Origin: Malacoraja senta | Taxonomy: Eukaryota | Length of the DNA stretch: 64,000 bases | Assembly (NCBI GenBank): GCA_038087875.1 | Contig: CM075981.1 | Span: forward strand, 6,448,001-6,512,000 | Direction: 5' to 3' | Shown here: piece after piece, positions 45,201 through 54,286 of the stretch | Layout of the letters: each line of letters starts with the position of its first letter | Numbering within the stretch: the stretch's first letter is position 1 | The notes under the pieces: model-generated | Databases searched by the model: none | Told to the model about the DNA's origin: nothing | What the model saw: the letters and a program-made list of their open reading frames with translations, nothing else | Translations under genes and position numbers: made by a program

Positions 45201-48200
45201 TGGTACACGTAACAATAATAAACAAATAATAATAATAACTTTGGTTAATTGATAGAAATAACTAATGGATTATTTGGGGTATTGTTGGAATTGGTGGTAA
45301 TGATGGAGGCAGCATGAAAATAGATCCATGGGCCCACAGAGACTGTGCTTACCATCAACCACTCATTTGGATGGGCCTCAGCTATTAAAAAATGACCAGT
45401 CATTTGGTTGAGGGATTAAGCATCATCTCCATGTTTCTCAACGGCTGTCAGCTGGGTGACTGATGTGAGTTATGAGGGGGACACAAGTTTCATGAAAATT
45501 GAAATGGGAATGGACAGAATAAATGGGAATGGACAGAATAAATGTTATTCCTTTTAAGAGTCAGCATGAGATTCCCTTTATGCGGTGAGAGACTGAATGG
45601 AGTCTGCTCTCCACTGGGGCCAAGGTGTCCTCGGATGCACCTCACCTGAAAGTGAAGTGCAGTGAAAGCAAGATATTATGCTAATGTTATGGCAGCCTTC
45701 ACAATGTATTCAAACACTCCTGCAATAAAACAATCCAACTACAATTACAACGAGCTGAGACCTTGACTGGAAATTTGTGTGCAGGTGGAGATATTCAAAT
45801 TTTCTGCACCTCTTGAGGGGAGACATCACGTTATATCTTTGCACTGAATGTTGCACCTTTATCCTTTATTTGTACATTGTGGATGGCTAGATTGGATTCA
45901 TGTGGCCTTTTCTCAGACTGGATAGCATGGGCAAGCTTTTCACTGTACCTCTGTACGTGACAATGATAAAATAAACTAACCAATCTTCAATCCCTGCCAG
46001 TTTATTTCTCTCCAACATTGGCGTTTTAATATTTTGTAAACAACTTCATGTCAAGGCTCATCTCCAAGGCCTCATCCAAATTCCAACGGTCTGAAGAATG
46101 ACCTCAACCCAAAACATTACCAATTCCTTCTCTCCAGAGATGCTGCCTGTCCCGCTGAGTTACTCCAGCATTTTGTCCATCTTCGGTGTAAACCAGCATC
46201 TGCAGCTCCTTCCCACCTCTCACCTATTCTGCTAGATACATACTCAAAACTTAAGATTAGTCAAACATGATTTCCCCTTTCATAAATTTGTATTAACTCT
46301 ACCCAATGCTGCACACCACTTCACCAATTCCTCAGTAAGTTTTCCCACTACAAATAGCACATGAATTAGCTTTCAGTTTCAATTTGCCTCTCTCCCTCAA
46401 AGCACAGGGGAGGGGGGGGGTCTGTCAGAACTATTGAACACAAGCAGTTTTGGAAGATGGCAGCCCATGCACCTAATATCTGCAGAGCCACTTCTTCCAA
46501 ATTCCGGGGAAAAATACATCAAGGTTCTGGAGACACCTTGACTTCTTACTCCCATAAATTTCCAGTGTCATTCAAGGCCGAGATGCAAATTAATTTCTTC
46601 TTGCATAAAATGGAAAAATCTTTCCAACTCTTTACTGAGGGCATTGGAAGGTTATTGGCTCAATATTATCAGGATTGTTTCACTTAACATCCAAAAATCT
46701 ATTGATCTCAGTGTCAGTGCAGGAAATTGGTGCAGAAGCTAAAGATCAGCCATTAATTACTCCAATGTTTTAAGTAACACTGCTGTCTTTCAAATCATTC
46801 CCTGAAGAATGATTTGAAGTGCTCAAGATTTTTTGTTGTTGTTAATTTTAAATCAAGATCTATGTCTCCTCTGGGTCTACAAGCTGCTAGATGTACAGTG
46901 CCCTACATAATGTTTGGGACAAAGAACCATAATTTCTTTTTTTGCCTCTGTGCTCCACAATTTGAGATTTGTAATAGGAAAAAAATCACATGTGGTTAAA
47001 GTGCACATAGTCAGATTTTAATAAAGGCCATTTTTATACATTTTGGTTTCACCATGTAGAAATTACAGCTGTGTTTATATATAGTCCCCCCCCCCTCAAA
47101 TGAGTTTTGAGGCATTTGTTTGAACTTGAGCAGATAGGATGTGTCTATACACTTCAGAATTCATCATGCTACTACCATCAGCAGCTGCATTATCAATGAA
47201 GATAAGCGAGCCAGTACCTTCAGCAGCCGTACATGCCCAGACCATAACACCCCCACCACTGTGTTTCACAGATGAGGTGGTATGCTTTGGATCTTGGGCA
47301 GTTACTTCTCTCCTCCATACTTCGCTCTTGCCATCACTCTGATACGTTAATCTTCGTCTCATCTGTCCACAAGACCTTTTTCCACAATGTGTTTGCACTT
47401 TTAATTACTTCTTGGCAAACTGAAACCTGGCCATCCTATTTTTGCAGCTAACCAATGGTTTTGCATCTTGCAATGAAGCCTCTGTATTTCTGTTCATGAA
47501 GTCTTCTGCGGACAGTGGTCATTGACAAATCCACACCGGACTCCTGAAGAATGTTTTTGATGTGTCGGACAGGTGTTTGGGGATTTTTCTTTATTATAGA
47601 GAGAATTCTTCTGTCATCAGCTGTGGAGGTCTTCCTTGGCCTGCTACTCCCTTTGCGATTAGTAAGCTCACCAGTGCTCTTTCTTCTTAATGATGTTCCA
47701 AACAGTTGATTTTGGTAAGCCTAAGGTTTGCCTGATGTCTCTAACAGTTTATTCTTTTTTGTCAGTCTCATAATGGCTTCTTTGACTTTCATTGGCACAA
47801 CTTTTATCCCCATGTTGATAAACAGCATAAAAGATTCCAAAGGTGATGGAAAGACTAGGTGCTGAGAGCTCTCTTATACCTGCATTAAGGAGGCAATTAA
47901 ACGCACATGAGCAATTACAAACGCCTGTGAAGCCATGTGCCCCAAACATTACGGTGCACTGAAATGGGGGGGGGGGGGACTAGGTATAAACACATCTGTA
48001 ATTTCTACATGGTGAAACCAAAATGTATAACAATGGCCTTTAATAAAATCTGACAATGTGCAGTATAACCACATGTGGGTTTTTTTCTATTACAAATCTC
48101 AAATTGTGGAGTACAGAGGCAAATAAATAAATGAAGGGTCTTTGTCCCAAACATTATGGAGGGCACTGTGCAAGCTGATGCTACACTCAGCAGTATTTTG

Positions 48201-51200
48201 CACTACCTGATGTATCCACATCCAGTGTGATTTACCTGGATATGATGCAAAACATTTTTCACTCTTCCAGTGGAGGTGACAATAATAAACCAATATCAAA
48301 ATGGCTCTCAAATCACAGGTTCCCACAAGTGCTCAAGGGGAACAAAACAAAAGCAGATTTTCTTTAATTGTCCCCATCATGAATGAGATCCGGCAGACCT
48401 CTCATCGGGAGAACTAAAGTTGTTCTATTTGTTTCCTACACAACTCTTAGCGGCACATTTTCCCCCCTACGGCATTAAGCTCAATGGCCAGCAAGCACCA
48501 TTGAGTTCATTATCAAAGACGATTCTTTAGACTGGGGAGGCTGTAGCAGGTTGATACCAGCTTCTATCTAAAGCAGGCACATATTTGAGGGACTGTAGTT
48601 GCCCAGAAGTCGACAAACTCGTGGAACAACTACTAATAGATCCTAATGATGCTGCACCTTTAATGTGCCAGCAAGGGTGCACTTCTGCCCCACATCACCA
48701 TTTGGTGGCAGTACTCTTCTCCCCAGTTCACCCAACTCCAGTCCGAGACAATGTACTACTGTGCCCAGAAGCACACTGATGAGATCATTTTACCCACTAC
48801 ATTAGCCCAAAACAGCAAGTTCCTGAGTTCTCAAAGATTCTTTGCATTGCTGGCAGAAACCAATCTCTGCCTTTATTGCTAAAAAGTCCACTTTCAGCAC
48901 TGGTTCCATTCCCACTCCCGATCCTGGGAACCCACCCAGAACTAAGCAAAATACCCATGACAAAAAAACACAAATTCCAGCAAAACTAGCTATTCCATTT
49001 TATGAAGTGACAAATTTACATCTCTTAAAATGAATCAGATAAAGAAATGAAATCGGAATAATGCAAGATGATAAATACAAGTTGGGTTAATAAAACACAA
49101 AATAAATTTAACTAAAAGTATGCCAAATTCTGAGATATACTTGGCTTCGAAATCTCTCATAATGTTAGAATGCATTGGATACAATCTCAACACAGTTGCT
49201 TTATTTGTCTGAAGGGTCTCGACCCGAAACGTCGCCCATTCCTTCTCTCCAGAGATGCTGCCTCACCCGCTGAGTTACTCCAGCATTTTGTGTCTACCTT
49301 CGATTTAAACCAGCATCTGCAGTTCTCTCTTACACATGCTTTATTTAGCCACTCCATTTCTCCAAGGTTAGCTTTTCCTAACAATTGTGCCCAACAATCT
49401 GAACAATCTGCTTGTCAACAAACCCCCTCAACAAACTGCATTCACCTATTGTCTGCCATGCTTTGTTCTGCCCATCCTTTTTTCCAGCTTTCTTCCCCAT
49501 GTCCCCTGCAATCAGTATGAAGGGTCCCAACCCGAAGCATCGCCTATCCATGTTCTCCGGGGATGCTGCGTGGTCCGTCCGCTGAGTTACTATAGCACAT
49601 TGCGGCTTTCAGCTTTTCCGAGTGCACTTTTGGCACTGTGCTGCATTTTAACTAAGTATTCGACAACAAAAATATTGAAGCATGATTTGGCAAGATTTGG
49701 TGTATCTAAGAATACACTCAGCATTTAGCAATGCTAATGCTGTTCCTGAACCATCAACTTGACCCACTAATCTTAACCTCAGCTACTACCGTTCCTGGAA
49801 GAATTCTTGTCCAAATATCCTAGGCCGACAAGACTGAGCATGCACAATAATTGTTTAGTTGTCATTCCACGAGTCGAATAACAAAAAGCAGCTTAATTAT
49901 TAGCTGCTTTAAAAAAAAACAAGACAGCAAATATAAAACAAACATGCAGTGCTGACAAAGCAGATCTTCCAAGTGAAGAAAGAGCAACCTGCTGCTAAAG
50001 TCAGGGCGCATTCCCTGCTTCATTGGCGATAAATAGGCCAACAGTTTTTGCTTAAAGTGGCAAAAATAATAATTTGACACAGAATTTTATGCTTTGGTGA
50101 GTGGAAGACTTAGCAATGTCACAAGACTACATTGAAAGATGAGGCTGGTGTCTTTATTCAAATGTGAAATTTCACTGCTCTCCGCGACTGACGGGTGTTT
50201 ACATGCCAGCACATCGTGGAGAGAATTCACGCAGATGAAAGCACAAAGTGATTAGACAGTTAGCAAGATTTTGTGAAGGGGAAATCATTTCTCGAAAGTT
50301 CTTCAGTGCTCATCGGAGATGGGACTGGCAAGGTAGACAAAAGTTAGCAAGTTCTAGGAGCAGAATTAGGCCATTCGGCCCAACAAGCCTACTCCGCCAT
50401 CCCATCATGGCTGATCTATCTTTCCCTCTCAACCCCAATTATCCTGTGTTCTCCCCATAACCCCCGACCCCCTGATTGATCAAGAATCTGTCAATCTTCA
50501 CCTTAAAAATATCCAATTGACTTGGCCTTGACAGCCGTCTGTGGCAATGAATTCCAGATTCACCACCCTCTGACTAAAGAAATTCCTCCTCATCTCCTTT
50601 CTATAGGTACGTCCTTTTATTCTGAGGCTATGGTCTCTGGTCCTGGACTCATCCACTTGCGGAAACATCCTCTCTACATTCACTCTACCCAGGCCTTTCA
50701 CTATTCGGTCTGATTCAATGAGGGTCCCCCCCATCCCTTCCCGCCCCCTTCTGATATGGTAATATTTCAATGGCAGCCTCTTTTGCCACAGTTCGACTGA
50801 CTCATTTGAAATATAGAAGGTATCCAACTCACTTATTCCTGATTTACAGAGGTCAAATCCTTCCTAACACTATGTGCAATTATTTATCAATTTTCAAGAC
50901 TAGCCATTGAATTGCTTATCATTTACTATCAGAACAAGCTCATTAATATTTAACTTCCAGCAGTTGCAATCATCCCGGTCCAATACTTTTAGATATCTTT
51001 GTCCAAATGCAAAAGATATGACTAACATCCCCAATGACAAAATGCCAACACCATCAAATGTATGTAAAAGGCATTGGACCCAACACTGGAGAATTTAGTT
51101 TTAGAGATATGGCACAGAAACCGGCCCATCAGCCCAGAGTCCACGCAGACCAGCAATCCCCATCCACGTGCACTCTCCACCACTCTAAGGACAACTTACT

Positions 51201-54131
51201 GTTTGTACCAAAACCATTTGACCTACAAATTAGAGTTGCAGGTGGAAACCGGAGAACCCGGCGAAAAATCTATGTGGTCAAGGGGAGAACACACAAACTC
51301 TGTACAGACAGCACCCGCAAACGCGATTGAACCCGGATCTCTGGCTCTGTAAGGTAGGAACTCCACCGCTGCGCCACCGTGCCACCCTGAAGTGTAGAAT
51401 GGACTGGTTTTGAAGAAAGCAAATCGTAAATCACTGACAAGACAGACGAGGACGACCATGGAGGCAGCCTGAAGAGCGCCTGAAGGGTCCCAAACCAAAT
51501 TGTTACCTGTCCATTTCCTTCCACAGTTCCTCCAGCACTTTATAAATCGCTGGCTAGTGGTTTCCCTACACTGCTTGTGCAACAGAAACAAACTACACAT
51601 ATACTGGGAGACTTTCACATTCGGAGTACTTGAGCGCGAGAAATTTAAACAAGGTAACGCACAAGAGGTAGAAAGAAATCAAAGAGTAAATATTACAGCA
51701 GGATAGGGGCATGTTCTAAAGTCAGTAAAGAGGCACTGTGCTAAATAAACCACTTCCAATTATTAGAGGGGGAAAAAATGGTGTATCTAATAATTTGCCA
51801 TGTTTCTATTTTCCCTGAAGCTGAAGTAGAGTGCAAAAAATAAAACACATTCAGTCAGGAATGAGAAACACAGGAGTGTGATAACAGCATCTCATATTTC
51901 GCTTGGGCAGCTTACAACCCTGTGGTAAGAATTGATTTATCTAACTTCAAGTAACGTCTGCACTCCCTCTCTCTCCATTACTCCCCACCCAATTCGCACC
52001 AGGTTCTCGTTCTCACCTAGCAAAGCTAATAATGGCCTGTTTCCTTTATCATCGTTACTTTTTTGCATATCTTTCATTTGTTCTATATCTCTCTACATCA
52101 CTGTCTACATCCCTCGTTTCCGACTAGACTGAAGAAGAGTCTCGACCCGAAACATCACCCATTCCTTCTCTCCAGAAATGTTGCCCGTCCTGCTGAGTTA
52201 CTCCAGCTTTTTGTGTCTATCTTTGGTTTTAAACCAGCATCTGCAGTTCCTTCTTACACAGTGTGATGCACCGCCCTCTGACCAAGCAATGTAAACCAAT
52301 CTCAACACTTTTTGCAGTAAACAGTTGCATAATTTTCTGTTGCCCGAGCATGTCTCTTAACCTCCACATCATGGTTAACTAATACTAGCCAACCTTTGCA
52401 AAAGCCTCTACTTGATGTCATTCAAACAAGGTCTAGAAGTTAAACTATTTTTTTTACAAAAAACAGATTTAATGTGCAAAACAAGACCCAGCTTCTTACA
52501 TAAGATTTTATGCAGTATTTTTAACCCTTTCCTCCTTGTCAAAGCTAAATGAAATGTACAGTGTTTACTAAGCAAGAATTTATCTGTCTCTGGCTTAAAT
52601 ATATCCACTGACTTGGACTCCATAGCCTTCAGTGGCAAAGAATTCCACAGATTCACCACCATCTGACAAAGAAATTGCTCCTCATCTCCTTCCTAAAAGA
52701 ACACCCTTTAATTCTGAGGCTATGACCTCTGGTCCTAGACTCTTCCACTCGTTGAAACATCCTCTCCATATCCACTCTATCCAAATCTTTCATTATTCTG
52801 TACATTTCAATGAGGACCCTGCTCATTTTTCTAAACTCCAGTGAGTACAGGCCCAGCACTCAAACCTGGGCATAATCCCAGACAGTGACTCAAATTCATG
52901 CCCATCTTTATCTGCAAATGTCAAAGCTAGGTGGGACAGGCTGTGGTACCCAAAGGAGAGATAGCTGGTGGTGGTGATGCCAGTGTGAAGCCCCAACACT
53001 GGGGACCTTAATACCTCTCACCCCTTCATCTCATCCCACTACACCCTCCACCCATCCTCCCCCATAATTCCACACACCAAGCCCCACATCCCACACACGC
53101 TCAACTCAACCATCTACTCCCACTCAACCACCTAACCCCATATCCCCCAGCCAGAGTTCCCAACTCTCACCACCACTCATTCAACCAACCACCGTCTAAC
53201 ACCCTCCTCATCCCAAGCCCCACATAAAATCCAACCCCACCAGCTTCCACGCCCACAACCTCAACCAACCTTCCCCAGCACACCACCGACCCACACATCC
53301 CACCTCCACAACTTAACCCACCATCAACCGCCACATCCCTTACCCTCACGACCATCTACTCCAACCGTCCCCTCCCCCCCATCTCCTCTCATCACACCGC
53401 TAGACATACCACCCAAACCCACCAACTTCCACCCCAACATACCCATTGGATACCACCCCCACACCCCATCACTCTCCAATACCAAGTCCCACTGCCTGCC
53501 ATCTCCAAACTACATGCCTCATCTCCCCTCCCCACATCTCACCCACTCCAAATGGTCTACCACCTCCTCCCTCACCTCAATCCCCCCAACCCACCCTGCC
53601 ACCTCAGTCCACCCACCCCCTCACCCCACCTCATTTCCCCTCTCTCCCCACCCACACCTCTCCCCACCCACCCACACCACTCCCCACCTCTCCCCACCCA
53701 CCCACACCCCACCCACACCGCATCTATCCCCACCACTCCCCACCCACACCTCTCCCCACCCACCCACACCACTCCCCACCCACCCCCCACCTCCCCACAC
53801 CCACACCCACCCACACCCCACCCCACCACTTTCCACTCCCCCGGCCCCTCACCTTCCAGCAAGCTGATGCCGATGTCGTCGGCCTCCTCGGCGGGCTCGC
53901 TGTCCTGTCCAGCCGGCTCGGCACACGGCGGCCCCGGGCTGATGCAGTGCGGCTGCCGCAGCTCCTTGAAGTATTTCTTGGTCTCCCGCAGGTTCTGCCG
54001 GAGATGGGAGGAGTGTTTGTTGCAGCTGCCCAGCGTGCGGAGCAGCTCCCGGGCCGTGGGAGTCAGGCAGCGCCCCCCTCCCCCTCCTCCTCCTCCCCGC
54101 CGCCGCCGCCACCACCCACCGCCGCATCCAT
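3117..54131 (-). CDS. DSTYK: DSTYK, dual serine/threonine and tyrosine protein kinase (RIPK5/SgK496); 13-exon gene span, ~941 aa if the exon-1 frameshift is corrected
   Basis: Manually spliced exons give a continuous match to vertebrate DSTYK ([12 protein letters not shown]; [14 protein letters not shown]; GRGQYGVVY; HRDIKLKN; [25 protein letters not shown]; [20 protein letters not shown]). All 12 introns are GT-AG with compatible phases. Confidence 0.97.
3376..3625 (+). mobile_element. tRNA-derived V-SINE (HE1-like)
   Basis: tRNA-like head, partial V-domain GTTTGCACGTTCTCCCTGTGACCTGCGTGGGTT, CR1-like tail GGGCCGAAGGGCCTG...CTCTAAACTAAA. Confidence 0.85.
3868..4002 (-). CDS. DSTYK: DSTYK exon 12 (135 nt)
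   Basis: CAG|(G)[45 protein letters not shown]|GTAAT. Confidence 0.96.
4075..4410 (+). mobile_element. V-SINE (HE1-like), diverged
   Basis: Degenerate head, V-domain and tail. Confidence 0.65.
4540..4745 (+). mobile_element. CR1-clade LINE 3' fragment next to exon 11 donor
   Basis: [26 protein letters not shown] and tail GGGCCAAAGGGCCTGT. Confidence 0.8.
4786..4900 (-). CDS. DSTYK: DSTYK exon 11 (115 nt), DLG...APE activation segment
   Basis: AAG|[39 protein letters not shown]|GTCTGT. Confidence 0.96.
5480..5668 (-). mobile_element. CR1 3' tail fragment (related copy at ~42910-43030)
   Basis: GGAGCAGAATTAGGCCATTC...CCGCCATTCAATCATGGCTGATCTATC, shared with other CR1 tails in the window. 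Confidence 0.8.
5725..6032 (+). mobile_element. V-SINE (HE1-like)
   Basis: A/B-box head (GGTTCAATCC), V-domain, CR1-like tail. Confidence 0.88.
6595..6695 (-). mobile_element. Penelope-like element GIY-YIG endonuclease remnant
   Basis: [26 protein letters not shown]: CxxC-containing GIY-YIG signature. Confidence 0.85.
7140..7628 (+). mobile_element. Ingi/Vingi-like LINE 3' end with CCHC zinc knuckle
   Basis: [26 protein letters not shown] then (frameshift) [20 protein letters not shown]; ends ACGACAGAAGAAGA; CpG-rich. Confidence 0.7.
8084..8370 (+). mobile_element. V-SINE (HE1-like)
   Basis: GGCACAGCGGTAGAG...GGTTCGATCCC; V-domain CCGGGTGCTCCGGTTTCCTCCCACACTCCAAAGAC. Confidence 0.9.
9540..10345 (-). 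mobile_element. CR1-clade LINE (HER1-like) 3' fragment
   Basis: ORF2 C-terminus [23 protein letters not shown]...[19 protein letters not shown] and [12 protein letters not shown], plus the conserved 3' tail AATGGCCTACTCCTGC. Confidence 0.92.
10450..10740 (+). mobile_element. V-SINE (HE1-like)
   Basis: Same tripartite structure. Confidence 0.85.
10911..11024 (-). CDS. DSTYK: DSTYK exon 10 (114 nt), HRD catalytic loop
   Basis: TAG|[38 protein letters not shown]|GTAAGG. Confidence 0.96.
11824..11956 (-). CDS. DSTYK: DSTYK exon 9 (133 nt)
   Basis: TAG|(R)[44 protein letters not shown]|GTAAAC. Confidence 0.96.
12880..13134 (-). mobile_element. V-SINE (HE1-like) starting ~18 nt from the exon 8 donor
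   Basis: Reverse complement of head, V-domain and tail. Confidence 0.82.
13153..13309 (-). CDS. DSTYK: DSTYK exon 8 (157 nt), kinase N-lobe with Gly-rich loop and catalytic Lys
   Basis: CAG|(G)[53 protein letters not shown]|GTAC. Confidence 0.96.
14849..14978 (-). CDS. DSTYK: DSTYK exon 7 (130 nt)
   Basis: CAG|[44 protein letters not shown]|GTAAG. Confidence 0.96.
17021..17197 (-). CDS. DSTYK: DSTYK exon 6 (177 nt)
   Basis: TAG|[59 protein letters not shown]|GTTTGT. Confidence 0.95.
17875..18272 (+). mobile_element. Penelope-like element: GIY-YIG remnant, 3' region and hammerhead-bearing terminal repeat
   Basis: [23 protein letters not shown], pyrimidine-rich 3' region, then CTGAAGGG..CCAGAAACGTCACC repeat. 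Confidence 0.75.
18551..18883. mobile_element. PIF/Harbinger-like MITE with long terminal inverted repeats
   Basis: Left end GCCCCTGTCCCACTGTACGAGG after TTAA; arms ~18551-18672 and ~18781-18883 are reverse complements; TAA/TTA flanks. Confidence 0.75.
18977..19060 (-). CDS. DSTYK: DSTYK exon 5 (84 nt)
   Basis: CAG|[28 protein letters not shown]|GTAAAC. Confidence 0.95.
19235..19457. mobile_element. Fold-back pair of Penelope terminal repeats (89-bp arms), 14-bp TSD, nested in an older copy
   Basis: Arms 19235-19323 and 19332-19420 are reverse complements with 2 mismatches; AAGTATCTCAGTGG at 19223-19236 and 19458-19471. Confidence 0.88.
20000..20238 (-). CDS. DSTYK: DSTYK exon 4 (239 nt)
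   Basis: CAG|AT ATA..., (D)[57 protein letters not shown]...HLKQ|GTGTGT. Confidence 0.96.
20930..21145. mobile_element. Fold-back pair of hammerhead-bearing Penelope terminal repeats
   Basis: Minus core at ~20981-21008 and plus core GTCTGAAGAAGGGTCTTGACCCGAAACATC at ~21013; flanked by ACAACTTG(G)CTTTTCCT direct repeats. Confidence 0.82.
22132..22425 (-). mobile_element. V-SINE (HE1-like)
   Basis: Reverse-complement copy. Confidence 0.85.
24043..24480. mobile_element. Inverted composite of Penelope 3' UTR plus terminal repeats
   Basis: Minus repeat 24043-24175; plus 3' UTR and repeat 24270-24480, homologous to 61620-61845. Confidence 0.78.
24523..24537 (+). promoter_or_regulatory. CTCF consensus site
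   Basis: GCCACTAGAGGGCGT matches the CTCF core CCASYAGRKGGCR; CpG retained in an otherwise depleted intron. Confidence 0.55.
24935..25685 (-). mobile_element. Two tandem V-SINEs (~24935-25235 and ~25400-25685)
   Basis: Two reverse-complement copies in the same orientation. Confidence 0.85.
26115..26520 (-). mobile_element. Penelope terminal repeat plus 3' UTR, degenerate
   Basis: AAGGAACTGCAGATGCC...; G-rich extension homologous to 58600-58690. Confidence 0.65.
27169..27862 (-). CDS. DSTYK: DSTYK exon 3 (694 nt)
   Basis: TAG|GAA ATG GAT..., EMDILVLPC...[27 protein letters not shown]...VQFK G|GTGAG. Confidence 0.97.
27990..28460 (+). mobile_element. Rex1/Babar LINE 3' end with 3' UTR tail
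   Basis: Homologous to 35860-36020 (GACTCCATCTACAC...CAAGAGGTAC); tail AAAAGCTTTTCA...GTACATGTGAC, also at ~15790, ~45180, ~45930 and (minus) ~36280. Confidence 0.75.
29160..29364. repeat. Inverted repeat with ~72-bp arms and ~60-nt loop
   Basis: 29160-29231 pairs with 29293-29364 with about 8 mismatches. Confidence 0.85.
30545..31543. mobile_element. Non-autonomous ~1 kb DNA transposon (hAT-like)
   Basis: TIRs TAGGTATGTTACAAAA / TTTTGTAACATTGCTA (14/16 match); flanking direct repeat AGACAAG(T) at 30538 and 31544; no ORF. Confidence 0.75.
32115..32392 (-). mobile_element. V-SINE (HE1-like)
   Basis: Reverse-complement copy. Confidence 0.85.
33445..34225. mobile_element. Composite of CR1 (minus, ~33445-33675), Rex1/Babar (minus, ~33677-33915) and CR1 (plus, ~33918-34225) fragments
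   Basis: [12 protein letters not shown]; GAGTCTAGGACCAGAGGCCACAGCCTCAGAATAAAAGG; Rex1-like GCAAAAAGTGGTGAACACTGCCCAG. Confidence 0.75.
35545..36025 (+). mobile_element. Rex1/Babar-clade LINE RT C-terminal fragment
   Basis: [15 protein letters not shown]...[12 protein letters not shown]...[15 protein letters not shown]...LPSIDSIY...LLPSGKRY. Confidence 0.85.
36570..36850 (+). mobile_element. RTE-clade LINE 3' fragment
   Basis: [15 protein letters not shown] and [14 protein letters not shown] motifs; ends CTAAGTAAATAAG. Confidence 0.7.
37519..38365. mobile_element. Cluster of CR1 3' fragments in both orientations
   Basis: IWNELPEE (minus), [12 protein letters not shown] (plus), WNELPE (plus) motifs and CR1 tails. 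Confidence 0.8.
38449..38912 (+). mobile_element. CR1-clade LINE 3' fragment
   Basis: [21 protein letters not shown]...[13 protein letters not shown]...[10 protein letters not shown] and 3' tail. Confidence 0.9.
43174..43559 (-). CDS. DSTYK: DSTYK exon 2 (386 nt)
   Basis: TAG|GT CCT..., [30 protein letters not shown]...TLHHPLLQ|GTAAT. Confidence 0.96.
43870..44300 (-). mobile_element. Penelope-like element C-terminal fragment
   Basis: [14 protein letters not shown] and ...PSGMDI..SNFK* on the minus strand. Confidence 0.7.
46896..48168 (-). mobile_element. Tc1/mariner (IR/DR type) DNA transposon, internally deleted, defective
   Basis: TA|CAGTGCCCT...AGGGCACTG ends; ~200 bp inverted repeats; inner direct repeat at ~47936-47965. 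Transposase remnants: [24 protein letters not shown] from ATG 47813, and [16 protein letters not shown]...YRHILS. Frameshifted, C-terminal catalytic part missing. Confidence 0.92.
50350..50725 (-). mobile_element. CR1-clade LINE 3' fragment
   Basis: [40 protein letters not shown]. Confidence 0.88.
51094..51388 (-). mobile_element. V-SINE (HE1-like)
   Basis: Reverse-complement copy. Confidence 0.82.
51883..52260 (+). mobile_element. Penelope-like element 3' end: ORF C-terminus, 3' UTR and terminal repeat with hammerhead core
   Basis: [12 protein letters not shown]...SNFK*, followed by CTGAAGAAGAGTCTCGACCCGAAACATC at ~52129 and the full repeat to GCAGTTCCTTCTTACACA. Confidence 0.85.
52570..52858 (-). 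mobile_element. CR1-clade LINE fragment
   Basis: [34 protein letters not shown]...[13 protein letters not shown]. Confidence 0.88.
53000..53850. repeat. C/A-rich low-complexity and minisatellite tract (G-rich on the DSTYK sense strand)
   Basis: Repeated CCCCACCCACCCACACC(A/T)CT units at 53645-53830; extreme strand skew. Confidence 0.85.
53853..54131 (-). CDS. DSTYK: DSTYK exon 1 (coding part); start ATG inferred at 54131
   Basis: Frame [41 protein letters not shown]...LLE-G; donor G|GTGAG at 53853/53852 (phase 1). ATG at 54131 is 1 nt out of frame as assembled. Confidence 0.85.
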
Positions 54132-54286
54132 CGGGCCGCGCTGGGCTTGGCTGTGGCTGGGGCTGGGCCCGGCCGCAGCGACTCTCGCCTCCGCCCGGCG
54201 CCGCCCCTCCGCCTCCCTCGCCCGGGCGACACCCGCCCCCCGCCGCCCCCTGGGTAACGCAGCCCGCCGCCTCATGGGTACTGCCC

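Noticed and set aside
53849-54232. 127-aa minus ORF overlapping exon 1
   Set aside because: Alternative frame of GC-rich exon 1 with no DSTYK similarity.
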